This document shows positions 12,380-23,749 of a DNA stretch of 50,037 nt, one piece after another. How positions within the stretch are numbered: position 1 is the first letter of the stretch; every line of letters begins with the position of its first letter. The notes under the pieces are model-generated. The model did not search any database. It worked only from the letters and a program-made list of their open reading frames with translations, and had not been told where the DNA came from. This DNA is from Octopus bimaculoides (lineage: Eukaryota): positions 80,151,586 to 80,201,622 of the forward strand of contig NC_068983.1 of the NCBI RefSeq assembly GCF_001194135.2. Direction: 5' to 3'. The translations under genes and the position numbers were made by a program.

Positions 12380-13379
12380 AAACTTCATCAGTGAACTCAT
12401 TTATTAAATAGTCTCAAATTGTCCACAAAGTTCTGCTTTTATATTTGAGAAAAATGGAAAATGGATAAAAATGTTTCAGCCTTTACTACGGTGATATGTT
12501 TTATTACAAAGTAAAATTGTTCATAATTATTTTGCTAAAATTTCTTTCTTTTCTAATCAATATTATTAACTTTATTGCTGTTGGCCTATGGGTAAAACAA
12601 AGGCAAAGTGATAAGTTGCTAAAGTATGTTGAGCTTACTAACAATTATTGATTATTCTCAAGTTGTACAAATTGGCCCTCTAGCTTTTTATAATGTTAAA
12701 AAATTTTAGCTGGAAATTTTTGTATAAATAACTTAATAAAAGGCTGTGCCTTACAAATAATGTTATTTTTTGGAAGGTGTATTATATTCTTAATCATAAG
12801 TAGAACACTGAAAAAAAGAAATTACTATTTTTCAGTCTCTTGGAATAGATTGGAACATAAACAAATAAAAATTTTGTGCATTTTTCTTCTTTTTAATACT
12901 GTGAAAACATTTTTTAATAAAAGATAAAAAGGCAACTCTTGAATAAGAAATCCACAGAAGAATCCATGTGTTAAATCTTAAACAGGAATAATGTCTATTG
13001 TTATATAATCAGTCCTAGAAAATAAAATAAACAAACACAGTAAAAGTAACCAAACATTTTTTGATTATTTTTAACTGTTTAATTTTGTACATGTCTGTTG
13101 TACAAAGGAAAGTTTTCTGCTATTGTTCTTTTAGCTTACTTAATTCAACTTATTGTTTGAAGACTGTTTATTGACTTTTGATTCTTAGAGAAGGCACAAT
13201 AAGCTAAGTTTTTTTTTTCCTTCCATTGTTGTTGTCTGTTGCTGTTCTTTATATTTTTTATTGTTAATCTGGAAATTAGTGTTCAGGTGGAGAATAAAGT
13301 GAGCACTTAAATTACCTTAAACCACTACTTTTTTATTGATAACAGTTTAACTTGCAACAAGTCAGACAGAGGAAAATTT

Positions 13380-13680
13380 CAATACCTCAAACTAGCTAAT
13401 ATTGCGTAAGACAATATACTGGAGTAGCAAGTCTTGTTTTATTTCACCCCTAACCAGAATTCTAGCTATTACTGACAATCCTGCTGCTATAGACTAATTG
13501 CCTAAATGAGTTTAATTGTAAAACATTTTCACCTAAAGTAACATTGCGAGTTTGATATGATTTTGTATTCTGTGATTTATGTATATTTAAATTGACACCT
13601 TGAAGGGAAAAACAGTGTGGCTGAAGAAAATTTAGATAAATTACATTTTTATGATTCATAGTCTGGCTATGTATCATTTT
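13380..13680 (-). mobile_element. Decayed LINE reverse-transcriptase fragment (late RT region)
   Basis: ORF 13462-13677 reads QGVNLNIHKSQ...NVTLGENVLQLNSFRQLVYSSRI, followed by NKTRLAT. This resembles the RT motifs GLxIN.xKTK...ITL.GE.LE.VDSFxYLGS...EIKTRIA. Confidence 0.45.
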
Positions 13681-13937
13681 GTGTCATAAACGTTTTAGAA
13701 ATTATGTAAGAAATTCAATTGAGACATTATGAATTCATACATTACTTGTCTAATATTATATGACTAGTTAGTAAGCTATGCCTAATGATGTATTTCTGTC
13801 AGTTTAGTGTATGACAACCAAAGTAGGGTTCCAGAATGCAAAATCAGAGCTTCTTGAAAAGTTAATTTGTTATACATATAAATTAATGACAGGACTCCTT
13901 CCTTGACAGCAAGTTTAATCAAATGGTTTATAAAATG

Positions 13938-14368
13938 CATGGACATGGCTGTGTGATCAAGAATTTCACTTCCCAACCAAATGATTTTAGGTTCATTCCC
14001 ACTGCCCAGCACTTAAAGCAAGTATCTTCTGTTGGCTCAGGCTAACCAAAACCTTGTGAGTGGGTTTAGTCAAGAAGAACTGAACAGAAATCATCATAAA
14101 TATATGTGTGTAGGTGGGTGTAGATGTATATATATATGTCTGTGTGTATATATGTGTGAGTGTTCATGTCTCTTTGTCTTGTCATTGTGTACTAGGTATA
14201 AATAAGTGTCATTGTTATTATACATGTAGTGTCAATAGTTTGCAATCCTCTGTGAAAACTTGTCCGATCATTATGTAGTACATGTTTTAAGAAAACATTA
14301 CCTTACTTGGTAACTGGTAAAGCATCTGGTTTTAGAAAAATCTGCTTATATGAATTTTGTCTAACCAT
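13938..14368 (+). mobile_element. SINE family B (tRNA head, (TG)n middle, RTE-like tail), decayed
   Basis: Head CATGGCTGTGTGATCAAG...CCTTGTGAGTGGGTTT; the tail is similar to 39720-39900. Confidence 0.75.
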
Positions 14369-14771
14369 GTGTGTGTATGTATGTATTATATACTTATAAA
14401 TGATTTGTAATTCTTTGCACAAAGAAAAAGGCCAGAAAACAATGCAACTTATTGAAATCTGTTCTGAGCTTAAACCTCATGGCACGCACTAAAAGTCACT
14501 GCCTACAGATTAAGTATATAGAGAGGGTTGGTCATGTCAGCATGCAATCTGACATGCATTGTAAACAAATATACATTGATGAACTTACATGCAGAAACTT
14601 ACATGACTGCTTAAACAGAATTTGATTCTACTACAAAATAAAAATGCACTTGTGACAACATTCATGTTAAATTGTATCTGTCTAAATTTCCCATTTCTAT
14701 ATATACAGATTTGTTAGAAATGTTAAAAGAAATTATCCTATTTACCATAGAGAAAGGTGACACAAAATCAA

Positions 14772-15545
14772 ATGATGAGCACTAAAAACACACCATAAAA
14801 ATTATGAGGCTGGTTTTAAATTCTGTGTTACTGTATATAACAATACTGGTTTAAGATTTTTCCATTGCTATCTGCAAGGGGGTCCTGAAAAAATTCCTGG
14901 CTTTTGGTAAAAGAAAATACAGAATGATCAGTTAATTATGATTTTATTCAACATATTCCTCTCTCAGATTCACACACTTATTGCAGTGGTCCTTCAATTT
15001 TTCTTAGCCCTGTAAAAGAACTCAGAAGGTTGGGCCTCCAACCAAGCCTTTCATGATACCCTTAAAGCTGTGACCTTTTCAACATCCCCTTGTATATGTA
15101 ACCAGTTCCATCCATATTTGTGTGGATCTGTAAAAATGAAATTACAGGAAAACATATCTCTACTGTCTGTAATCACTGGAGGTTGTTTATCACTTTTGTA
15201 AGCATTAGATGTTTTCCTAAATAAGCCATTTAAAATACATATAAAAAAGTTGTGGAACACATGGAAGTTATCTTAAAAGGAGGGAATTAAAAAAAAAAGT
15301 ACTAAAGCCTAGATATTGTTGTACAACAGGTAAATGAGGTACAGGAAAGTATTTTAAGTGAAACAGTGACAAAATCTTTTAAAATGTATGGCATACTTAA
15401 TACTATGGTTGGAATAAAATATCACTTGCTTCACAAAGAGCAAGAAAATGATTAAGTACCCAACTCAGACTCTGGAGTTCACTTTGAGGATGATGAAATT
15501 GCGTGTATGTTTGAGAGCAACAATGGTGAGAGAATTTTTAAAACT
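14772..15545 (+). mobile_element. Internally deleted pogo/Tigger-like DDE transposase fossil, interrupted by a MITE
   Basis: N-terminal NYEAGFKFCVTVY (about 14800, Brinker-type HTH start). After the MITE: NQFHPYLCGSVKMKLQENISLLSVITGGCLSLL*ALDVFLNKPFKIHIKKLWNTW...KGGN...SLDIVVQQVNEVQESILSETVTKSFKMYGILNTMVG, matching DDE_1 motifs IPGG.TS.LQPLDV..NKPFK and KSFKKCGISN. Confidence 0.8.
14873..15094. mobile_element. Mariner-type MITE (about 220 bp) with imperfect TIRs
   Basis: Left TGCAAGGGGGTCCTGAAAAAATTCCTGGCTTT vs reverse complement of right TACAAGGGGATGTTGAAAAGGTCACAGCTTT. TA at the right junction. Confidence 0.75.
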
Positions 15546-16151
15546 TGGAAGCTTTGATTGACTATAATTTGTCAACAGTATCATAGATTTGGGAAACCTT
15601 TATATAGATATTATATGTATTTTTAATGAAGTTCTTCAAAATCAATTTTTGAATGTTTATTCCATTCTAATGCAGTCTCATTAGTTTATATACACACACC
15701 TTTCTCGTGTTCAAAGCATATATGCACAATTCTTTATCAGTTAGCTTTAAGCCATAATATCCATTACATGCTATATATATATATATATTGCCAGTCAAAT
15801 CAGGAGTAACAGTTTAAATGCCATGGTGAGTCTATTTGTTCTGAGCAATGATGTCATTGCTATGATATCAATGGTTCTGGAACTTTGCTAGATTATACAG
15901 GCACTGATTATGATCATTTCAGCTAAATGTGATTATTATTTAAATGCCACTACAAGCGAAACTGCTAACAGTATTCACAAAGAGTAATATACAAGGTATG
16001 AACATGTCCAAAGGGTTAGGCTAAAATATTTTTAATTAAAATTTGAACAATGAGAATTCATTGAAACATTTAATTTTGTTTCCTAAACACACACAAACTC
16101 ACACATGCATGTGTGCACGCACACACACGCACTCCAACTTAAAAGCAATTG

Positions 16152-16451
16152 AAGGGTAAATTGTATGATATGTGTGATTGAAGTTTGATGTTTCATAGCA
16201 AACCATGGATACTGCTTGCAAATGTGTGAAGGTTGGAAAGCAATGGAGTGAGCATATTTTGATTGCTGTGTAATGTAGTGATCTAAGTGATTTATGTAAC
16301 AGATAGAAACTAAAAGAAGACATGTGAGGAAGTGATGTAAACTGATTCAATGAGGCTGAGCCTTGCAAAAGAGATGATAAAGGGCTGAAACAAATGGCAG
16401 ATGCTCGGTTAGAAAAGATCCATCAAACCCATGCTAGCATGGAAAAGTTGG
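16152..16451 (+). mobile_element. RTE LINE 3' fragment (RT C-terminus plus tail), decayed
   Basis: GKLYDMCD.SLMFHSKPW...KTCEEVM.TDSMRLSLAKEM resembles the RTE C-terminus and runs into CCATGCTAGCATGGAAAAG, the shared family-D/B tail. Confidence 0.65.
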
Positions 16452-18014
16452 TATTACTATCACTATTGTCAACATTATAAAAAAGGTAATTTTGGTGGTG
16501 GTGATGAGCAGTTCTCTTAAGAGAGTTTAATGTCATGCGAAAGTTCATGCAATCAAACAACAGCTAAATGTAATACTGTTAAGGCAAAGAAATTTCTCAT
16601 TTCATGAGTAAAAATCCAAAGTGATATTCAAGAGAAATATTTTGTATATTTATGCTACTCCATACATATGATAATACCATCATTATCACATTATTTTAAA
16701 TGGTTTCATGTCAGAAGTTATGTTTCCTGATTCCTTACATGTGCATTTATGTATGCATTCATGTGCATGTAAATGCTTACATCTGAATCCATGCATTTTA
16801 CCTCACTACTGTTCAAGCTAGAATGTGATTACTATGAAACCTTTTTCTTTTTTCTTGAAACCCTTCAGCAAATATTGCCGAAAGATAGATTTCTTCTACT
16901 TTCTAGGTTTATTAAAAATTGGTTTTTGTTTGAAGCATTCAGGAAACATAAGTTTCTGAGTACCCAGCAACAGCTTTTTGCAAAAATTAATTAAAACTAA
17001 TTGCCCAAATCACTGCTTACACATATGTGTGCATGTAAAGGAAGCAAGATTAAATGCTAGAATAAGTTATTATTAGAATTTTGGCTAAAATTTAACTTAA
17101 TCATTATGTTGCTTATGTAACTATCGATAAAATACTTTGTGCAGGGCTATGATTTTTTTTTTCTTCTCTATACGTAGGGGGAAAGAAAAGAAATGTATCT
17201 AGGAACACATCACTATCTATCAGTATCTAGATCAATAACTTAAATAACAAAATAAGAAAAATGATTTCTTAAACTTTTGGTATTTGTTTCATGAATCTGT
17301 TTTTGGAGTTAATTGAGTCGATCCAAAAGATCACAATATGCTATTGATTGCACTTTGAATCAGTTAGATTTTCGTTTGGTTGGGAATATTCTTTATCATC
17401 TTTCAATCTCATTGAATTAGATTTACCAGTCACCTGATAGATGTACTGCTTTGTTGCAAGAAAGTAATTCTTTACATATTCATCAGTATATAGGTTACTA
17501 AAGATGGAAAAGGTTGCTGAGAATATTGACAATTAGTTCTTTCATGATCTATCTTTTCATTTGAATGAATATCACTCAGGTACTTTTTTTTCTCCTATAT
17601 TTAGTACCTGGATTAAAATCAGGTAGCCATGTTAGTTTTAAATTGTGCAAACACGCAAACATGTAGTAGTGTGTACACTAAATCTTGATTTTTCTTTCTC
17701 CTGTTGATCAGCTGGACAAACTTCAATCTTCAATACTAAATGTTTTAAATAGTTTTTTTTTTTTGTGCTAAAACATTGTCCTAACTGAAATCAAAATGGT
17801 GCAGATGGAAACAAAAAGGAATAAAATGAATAACTCTACTCAATTTTAATAGATCAGGGTGTAAATTCATATGAACAGTTATTTTCAATGGATTATATCT
17901 TCATCATCTTCATATGTCCACTTGCAATGCAAACATGGATCAGATGGGACATCACAGTTTGAGACAATTCTTATTCAGAGTTACTGCACTTCTTAATAGA
18001 TTGAAGGACTATAC

Positions 18015-18530
18015 CATCATCATCAGCATCATCATCATCATCAGCATCATCATCATCATCATCAGCATCATCATCATTTAATGTCTGTTGTCCATGCTGG
18101 CATGGGTTGGACAGTTTGACTGGGCTGGCATGCTAGAAGGCTGCACCAGACTCCAGTGTTTTCTATGGCCGAATGCCCTTCCTAATGCCAACCACTCCAA
18201 AAGTGTAATGAGTGTTTTTATGTGCCATGGGCATGGTTGCCATTTGCGTGACACTGGTATCTGCTATGACTGTGATTTTACTTGGCTTGATGGGTCTTCT
18301 TCTCAAGCACAACATAATACCAAAGGTTTTGGTCATTGTCTCCATGAAGCCCCACACTCGAAAGGAACTTGGCCACTTTACCACCATGAGGAACTCAAAA
18401 GGAACTCAGCCACATTGCCTCCATCAGGCCCAACGTCCAAAGGTTGATTTTTTACTTGGTTTGATGGGTCCTCTTAAGCTGAATACATCGCCAAAGGTCT
18501 CAGTCACTAGCCATTGCCTCTGTGAGGTTC
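18015..18530 (-). mobile_element. Family D RTE-tailed element with long (GAT)n tail and duplicated internal segment
   Basis: (CAT)n/(CAG) tract 18015-18078, then TTTAATGTCTGTTGTCCATGCTGGCATGGGTTGGAC...GCCCTTCCTAATGCCAACC. This explains ORFs 18088, 18163 and 18212. Confidence 0.8.
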
Positions 18531-18535
18531 AAAGT

Positions 18536-18566
<31 letters not shown>

Positions 18567-18733
18567 ACTTGAAGGGAATATATGTATTTTGAGTTTCCAA
18601 GTTGTTTCATCAGTAGGACAGTATATTATAATCACTCCATCCTAAACTCATAGAATGTAACATCCTATGCTCTTAAGCTTTGAAAGATAATATAATTCAC
18701 TCTGCTTTAAATACTCATTGAGTAGTGTATGAT

Positions 18734-19015
18734 ATCATCATCATCATTTAATGTCCGCTTTACATGCTAGCATGGGTTGGACGATTTGACTAGGGACTGG
18801 CGTACCAGATGGCTACACCAGACTCCAGTTTGATCTGGCAGGGTTTCTACAGCTGGATGCCCTTCCTAATGCCAACCACTCCGAGAGTGTAGTGAGTGCT
18901 TTTTACATGCCACCAGCATGAGGGCCAGTCTGGTGGTACTGGCAACGGTCACGCACAAATGGTGTTTTTTACATGCCACTTGCACAGGAGTCAATCCAAT
19001 GTTTTGTTCACATGC
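18734..19015 (-). mobile_element. Family D element running into assembly gap
   Basis: Near-consensus tail CATCATTTAATGTCCGCTTTACATGCTAGCATGGGTTGGACGATTTGAC. Confidence 0.85.
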
Positions 19016-20090
19016 NNNNNNNNNNNNNNNNNNNNNNNNNNNNNNNNNNNNNNNNNNNNNNNNNNNNNNNNNNNNNNNNNNNNNNNNNNNNNNNNNNNNN
19101 NNNNNNNNNNNNNNNNNNNNNNNNNNNNNNNNNNNNNNNNNNNNNNNNNNNNNNNNNNNNNNNNNNNNNNNNNNNNNNNNNNNNNNNNNNNNNNNNNNNN
19201 NNNNNNNNNNNNNNNNNNNNNNNNNNNNNNNNNNNNNNNNNNTCCATTCATATAATGAGAAGAAAACCTTTCTGAATTTAATATTGTAAATGATTCTATT
19301 AATAATTCATATTTTGAAAGGTTCTTTTATGAATATCTAATTTTATCGTCTTATTACAAATCAACCTCATTCAAATCAGAATATTTTGTTTTCAGTGGTT
19401 TTTCTTATTAGCAGATAATATCTCAGAGAATATTGTTGCTGATTCATTTTACAACTACAGACAGTAAAGAAACTTTTTCTTTATCCTCTGTCTCTGAATT
19501 CTTACCCAATAGATACTTCATCTACTAAGTAACATTTTCTCAGCATTACAATAGAAGTATTCAAAAATTTTAGTAGTTTAATGAATTCTAGAATTGAATT
19601 ATGTTCCTCTCACACCACTGATTGTTGCAGTGACCTCTACAATGACACGACCAGGTAAACTGTCACAAGAGACATTGATTTCTTTATCAGTCTGTGCAGC
19701 CATATAGCTTAGCATTGCAGTTTTTAGTTTTGGTGCATTGTTACTCCACTAATATTTGGTTCTGATTTTGAAGTTTGGATATAACATACAATCATATACT
19801 ATTTCATACCTGCTGTTGTCTTCCATCTTTGTCAAAACCAAGTAATTAAAAATGAGATATTTTATTGTTTCTTCTTTAATAGATATTTCATATCTACTAT
19901 ACATAATAGCAATTGCACATTCTGAAATTATCATTGACCTTTTCCATTCTTATTTTCTTTTTGAAGTTTTAATTGTCAGGAATTGGTCCAGAACTACTAC
20001 ACTTAAGCTTTATTATTATTATTATTATTATTATTAAAGTTAGGACAACCATGACAAACATATTACTGAGGCATACTACCATATTTTTTA

Positions 20091-20475
20091 TCTTTTATAT
20101 TTTGCTTGTTTTGGTCATTTGACTGTGGCCATGCTAGGGCACCACTTTGAAGGGCTTTTTTGTTTTAGTTGAACAAATTGACCCCAGGACTCTTTGTTTT
20201 ATATATTCTATCAGTCTGTTTTGCCAAACTACTAAGTTACAGGGACATAAACACACAATCACCAGTTGTCAAGCGGTGATGGTTAACAAACAAAGACACA
20301 CACACACACACATATACAACAGACTTCTTTCAGTTTTTGTCTATCAAATCCACTCACATGGCTTTGATCAGCCAGGGGCTATAGTAGAAGACACTTGCAT
20401 AAGATGTCGTACAGTAGGACTGAACCTGGAACCACGTTGTTGGAACACAAGCTTTTTATCACACAGCCAAGCTTG
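20091..20475 (-). mobile_element. SINE family A, near full length
   Basis: tRNA-like head at the 20475 end, (CA)n middle, and a tail containing GGTGCCCTAGCATGGCCACAGTCAAATGACC on the reverse strand. Confidence 0.85.
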
Positions 20476-20619
20476 AAGCTATAATGTCAGTGCCCCAGGT
20501 GATATGACCAAAGTAATTTATTATAAAGAATCTGTCAACATAAACATACTTTATGAGGATTTCAATATACAGGTATTTGTTGGTATAAAAATCTATGCAG
20601 AATATTTTGGTTGCTAGCG

Positions 20620-20830
20620 GTATTTTTGTGTTACAAAGATGGAAAACTTAATGCACTGGTTCAACTACAGAATGAGAGATTGATGGAGCAAGTGGCAATG
20701 TTTTTGGTAGACTCTGCACTGGATTTAGTCTAACTAAAGTGAAATGGCAGGAGTGGTACATAATGCAGAATCCTATTTCTGTAGCAGTGAAAAAGTCCAA
20801 ACTATGAGTCACCTGCTGGTTTGCCCATTA
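20620..20830 (+). mobile_element. Possible LINE C-terminal zinc-knuckle fossil
   Basis: Broken frames give RWKT.CTG... and FCSSEKVQTMSHLLVCP, similar to the C.CG..QTM.HLL.CP motif after RT in some LINEs. Confidence 0.35.
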
Positions 20831-20907
20831 TTTGTGCTTTTCTCTTTGGAAAAATAACACAAAGAATTTGCAAGATAACATAAAAAAGTAGAAAGATTTT
20901 ATATTAA

Positions 20908-21290
20908 TCATCATCATCATCATTAAATGTCCATTTTCCATGCTAGCATGGGTGGATGGTTTGACAGGAGCTGGCCCACTGAAGAGCCACCCGGGCTCCT
21001 TGTCTATTTTAGCAAGGTTTCTATAGCTGGATGCTCTTCCTAATGCCAACCCCTTTATAGAGTGTACTGGATACTTTTACATGACACCAGCACAGGTGCT
21101 TTTTTACATGGCACCAGTACCCACAAACCTGCAAGATTAGGAATACTCAGCTGAAGTGGAATGCAGGGGACATGCTTGTATGCAAGGACAACCATGTATT
21201 TACTTTTTATGTCTTCTCAAGCACAGCAAACCACCAGATGTCCCCTGTCATCCCTTCTGTGAAGCCCAACATCTAAAGATTTTTTCTCAT
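20908..21290 (-). mobile_element. Family D element
   Basis: (CAT)n then AAATGTCCATTTTCCATGCTAGCATGGG...GCTCTTCCTAATGCCAACC. Confidence 0.8.
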
Positions 21291-21300
21291 GATAATAATA

Positions 21301-21520
21301 GCCTTTGATTTTGGCACAAAGCTAGCAATTTTGAATTGAGGGGATAAGCCAATACCATCAACCCCAGTACTTGTCTGGTATTTTATTTCATCAACCCAAA
21401 AGGATGACAGGCACACTGACCTTAGCAGAATTTGATCTCAGAATTTAAAGAGCAAAAACAAATACTGCAGAGTGCTTTTTTGTTTTTGATGCACTAAAAA
21501 TTCTGCCACTCACTACCTTT
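21301..21520 (-). mobile_element. SINE family C (array copy 1)
   Basis: Homologous to the other C copies and flanked by (AAT)n. Confidence 0.8.
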
Positions 21521-21543
21521 GAAATGTTGAATAATAATAATAA

Positions 21544-21989
21544 TATAAAAGATGGGTTACAGGAAATATTCTTCACAAGACCACAGATTTGCTTGTCAGT
21601 TATTTGACCTTAACCAGTTGAGCATGTCCCTTAGTGGCTGACGATATGTGTATCTCTGATCACAAGCACATAACCATGTGTTGAGAGGAATTCTTTGGGG
21701 TTTGAATAATTTACTTCTGGAAAAATGGGTGTTTCATTCAGTATCCTTAAACAACCCTTATTCGGGGACCTTTTGAGTAGGATGGGCTACTCAACCTGAA
21801 GAAAATTCTAACTGGGCCCCACCTGCAAGGTCATGTGCTGTTTATCTTGATATGAGATCACCATGTTGCGCACATATGGTTGTGATGCTTGTGCCTGGTG
21901 TACCCTTATCAGACTGGTAGTCATGATGAGTATACTAGGCTTCTTTGATGGCATGCACTGCTCTCTCACTCGATAATAATAATAATAAT
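21544..21989 (+). mobile_element. Repeat family E (longer copy)
   Basis: Same left and right ends as 4371-4729, with an (AAT)n tail. Confidence 0.75.
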
Positions 21990-22203
21990 GCTTTCTACTA
22001 TAGGCACAAGGCCTGAAATTTGGAGTGGGGTGCAGCTGATTACATCAACCCTAGTGCTTAACTAGTGCTTATTTCATTGACTCTGATAGGATCAAAATCA
22101 AAATCAACTCCTACAGAATTTGAACTCAGAACATGAAGAGCAAGAAGAAATGTTGTTAAGCATTTTGTCTAATGCATAAATGATTCTGTGAGCTCACCAC
22201 CTT
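21990..22203 (-). mobile_element. SINE family C (array copy 2)
   Basis: AGAATTTGAACTCAGAAC (reverse B-box), followed by (AAT)n at 22204-22247. Confidence 0.85.
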
Positions 22204-22213
22204 AATCATAATC

Positions 22214-22247
<34 letters not shown>

Positions 22248-22248
<1 letters not shown>

Positions 22249-22452
22249 CCTTTCTACTAAAGGCACAATACCTGAAATTTGGGCCAGGGACTAGTTGATT
22301 ACATCAACCCCAGTGTTTCGTTGGTACTTAATTTATTGACCCTGAAAGGATGAAAGGCAAAGTCAGTCTTGGAAGAATTTGAACTCAGAACAGGCAAAGT
22401 ACCACTAAGCATTTCATCCAACATGCTAACAATTCTGCCAGCTCACTGCCTT
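22248..22452 (-). mobile_element. SINE family C (array copy 3)
   Basis: Near-consensus copy, followed by (AAT)n at 22453-22479. Confidence 0.85.
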
Positions 22453-22479
22453 AATAATAATAATAATAATAATAATAAT

Positions 22480-22688
22480 GGTCTTTGATTTAGACACAAT
22501 GTCAGGGTTTTTGAGAGCAAAGGTTTAGTTGATACCATCAACCCCCACCTTGATTAGAACTTTATTTTATTGACCCCCAAAAGGTTGGAAAGTAAAGTCA
22601 TCCTCACTGGGATTTGAACCCAAGATGTAAAGAACTGGAACAAACACCACAAGGCATTTTGTCCAATTCTTGCAACCCACTCATTGAA
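22480..22688 (-). mobile_element. SINE family C (array copy 4, more decayed)
   Basis: TTTATTGACCCCCAAAAGG...GGGATTTGAACCCAAG. Confidence 0.75.
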
Positions 22689-23749
22689 ATAATAACTACA
22701 GGTTGAAGCAAAGTAAAAATATCTTCTAGAGCAGATAGTTGACAAGAAGTGAGCACCATTACATTATGTTTATTTTATATTTATACATAAACATTTTTAC
22801 ACACCCCATTTCTATCTTTGTTTATATTTATATTGCATCATATAATCTATGTTTGCTTCAAATTTAGTTTTATTTTATTTTACCATTTATATTATCTTTT
22901 ATCCCATAACATCTCTGAAGGAGAGAAGGGGAAAACAAAAACTTATTACCAGTTTAAGAAATCTAAGTATGTGGAAAGAAAAATCAGAAACCATGTTAAA
23001 TCTTTAAACGAGTCTTTTAGGAATAAAAATATATATATATATATATATATATTAAAGAAAAGATATGACATTTAATGTGAAACATCGAAGCTTATGAAGC
23101 CACAAAATGCGATGGATTAAGCCTAGAATATCTCTGCATGTTAAAAGAAAAAAATAGAAACAGGATTACAGTTCATCAGAAAATAATCAAACAGGATTAT
23201 GATAGACTCTGCCGAGCACTGAAGGAAAAAAAAAGATAAAATGTTCATCAAAGATGGGATGTTGATTAGATGAAATCTAGGAATTGATTTTATTTTTAAT
23301 GCTTGTCTCAGCAGAATTTAATGTATGGGGGATATTTTTTCAAGTCTATTTAAAAACTTCCCTGCACTAGGAACACTCAAACTCTCATTCCACTGTAAAG
23401 TCTGCTATGGCTCTAATCATTAACTTTGATAAGATTTTATAATATTCATCTTCTTTGCCATTATGTTCAAGTATTTTTCTTTTAAATATTCAAATATTAA
23501 CTATTTACTCTCATAATGAGGGTAGTGGTTGGTAGTATCAGCATGGCATTAGTTACATACATAAACAATAATTTTTTTCTAAATTTACTATTTATGGAAA
23601 ATATTCATACATACAATTTTGTCTGTCTGTAGATGTATGCATATATCATCTGTGTAAATTCACAATTTATATCTATCATCTGTTTCCTAAGTTCATCAGC
23701 CATTGTGGCATCACTATCCTTCAACAGTGTTTTCACCATGATTCAACAA

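Noticed and set aside
8481-12411. ORFs rich in CV/YI/HT dipeptides (e.g. 8481, 10873, 10904, 11470, 12215, 12226; also 36130, 39334, 46409, 47141)
   Set aside because: Translations of (GT)n/(AT)n/(CA)n microsatellites.
15095-15260. ORF 15051-15260 with a strong minus-strand acceptor (DPHKYGWNWLHIQG)
   Set aside because: It is the antisense of the pogo fossil plus the MITE TIR.
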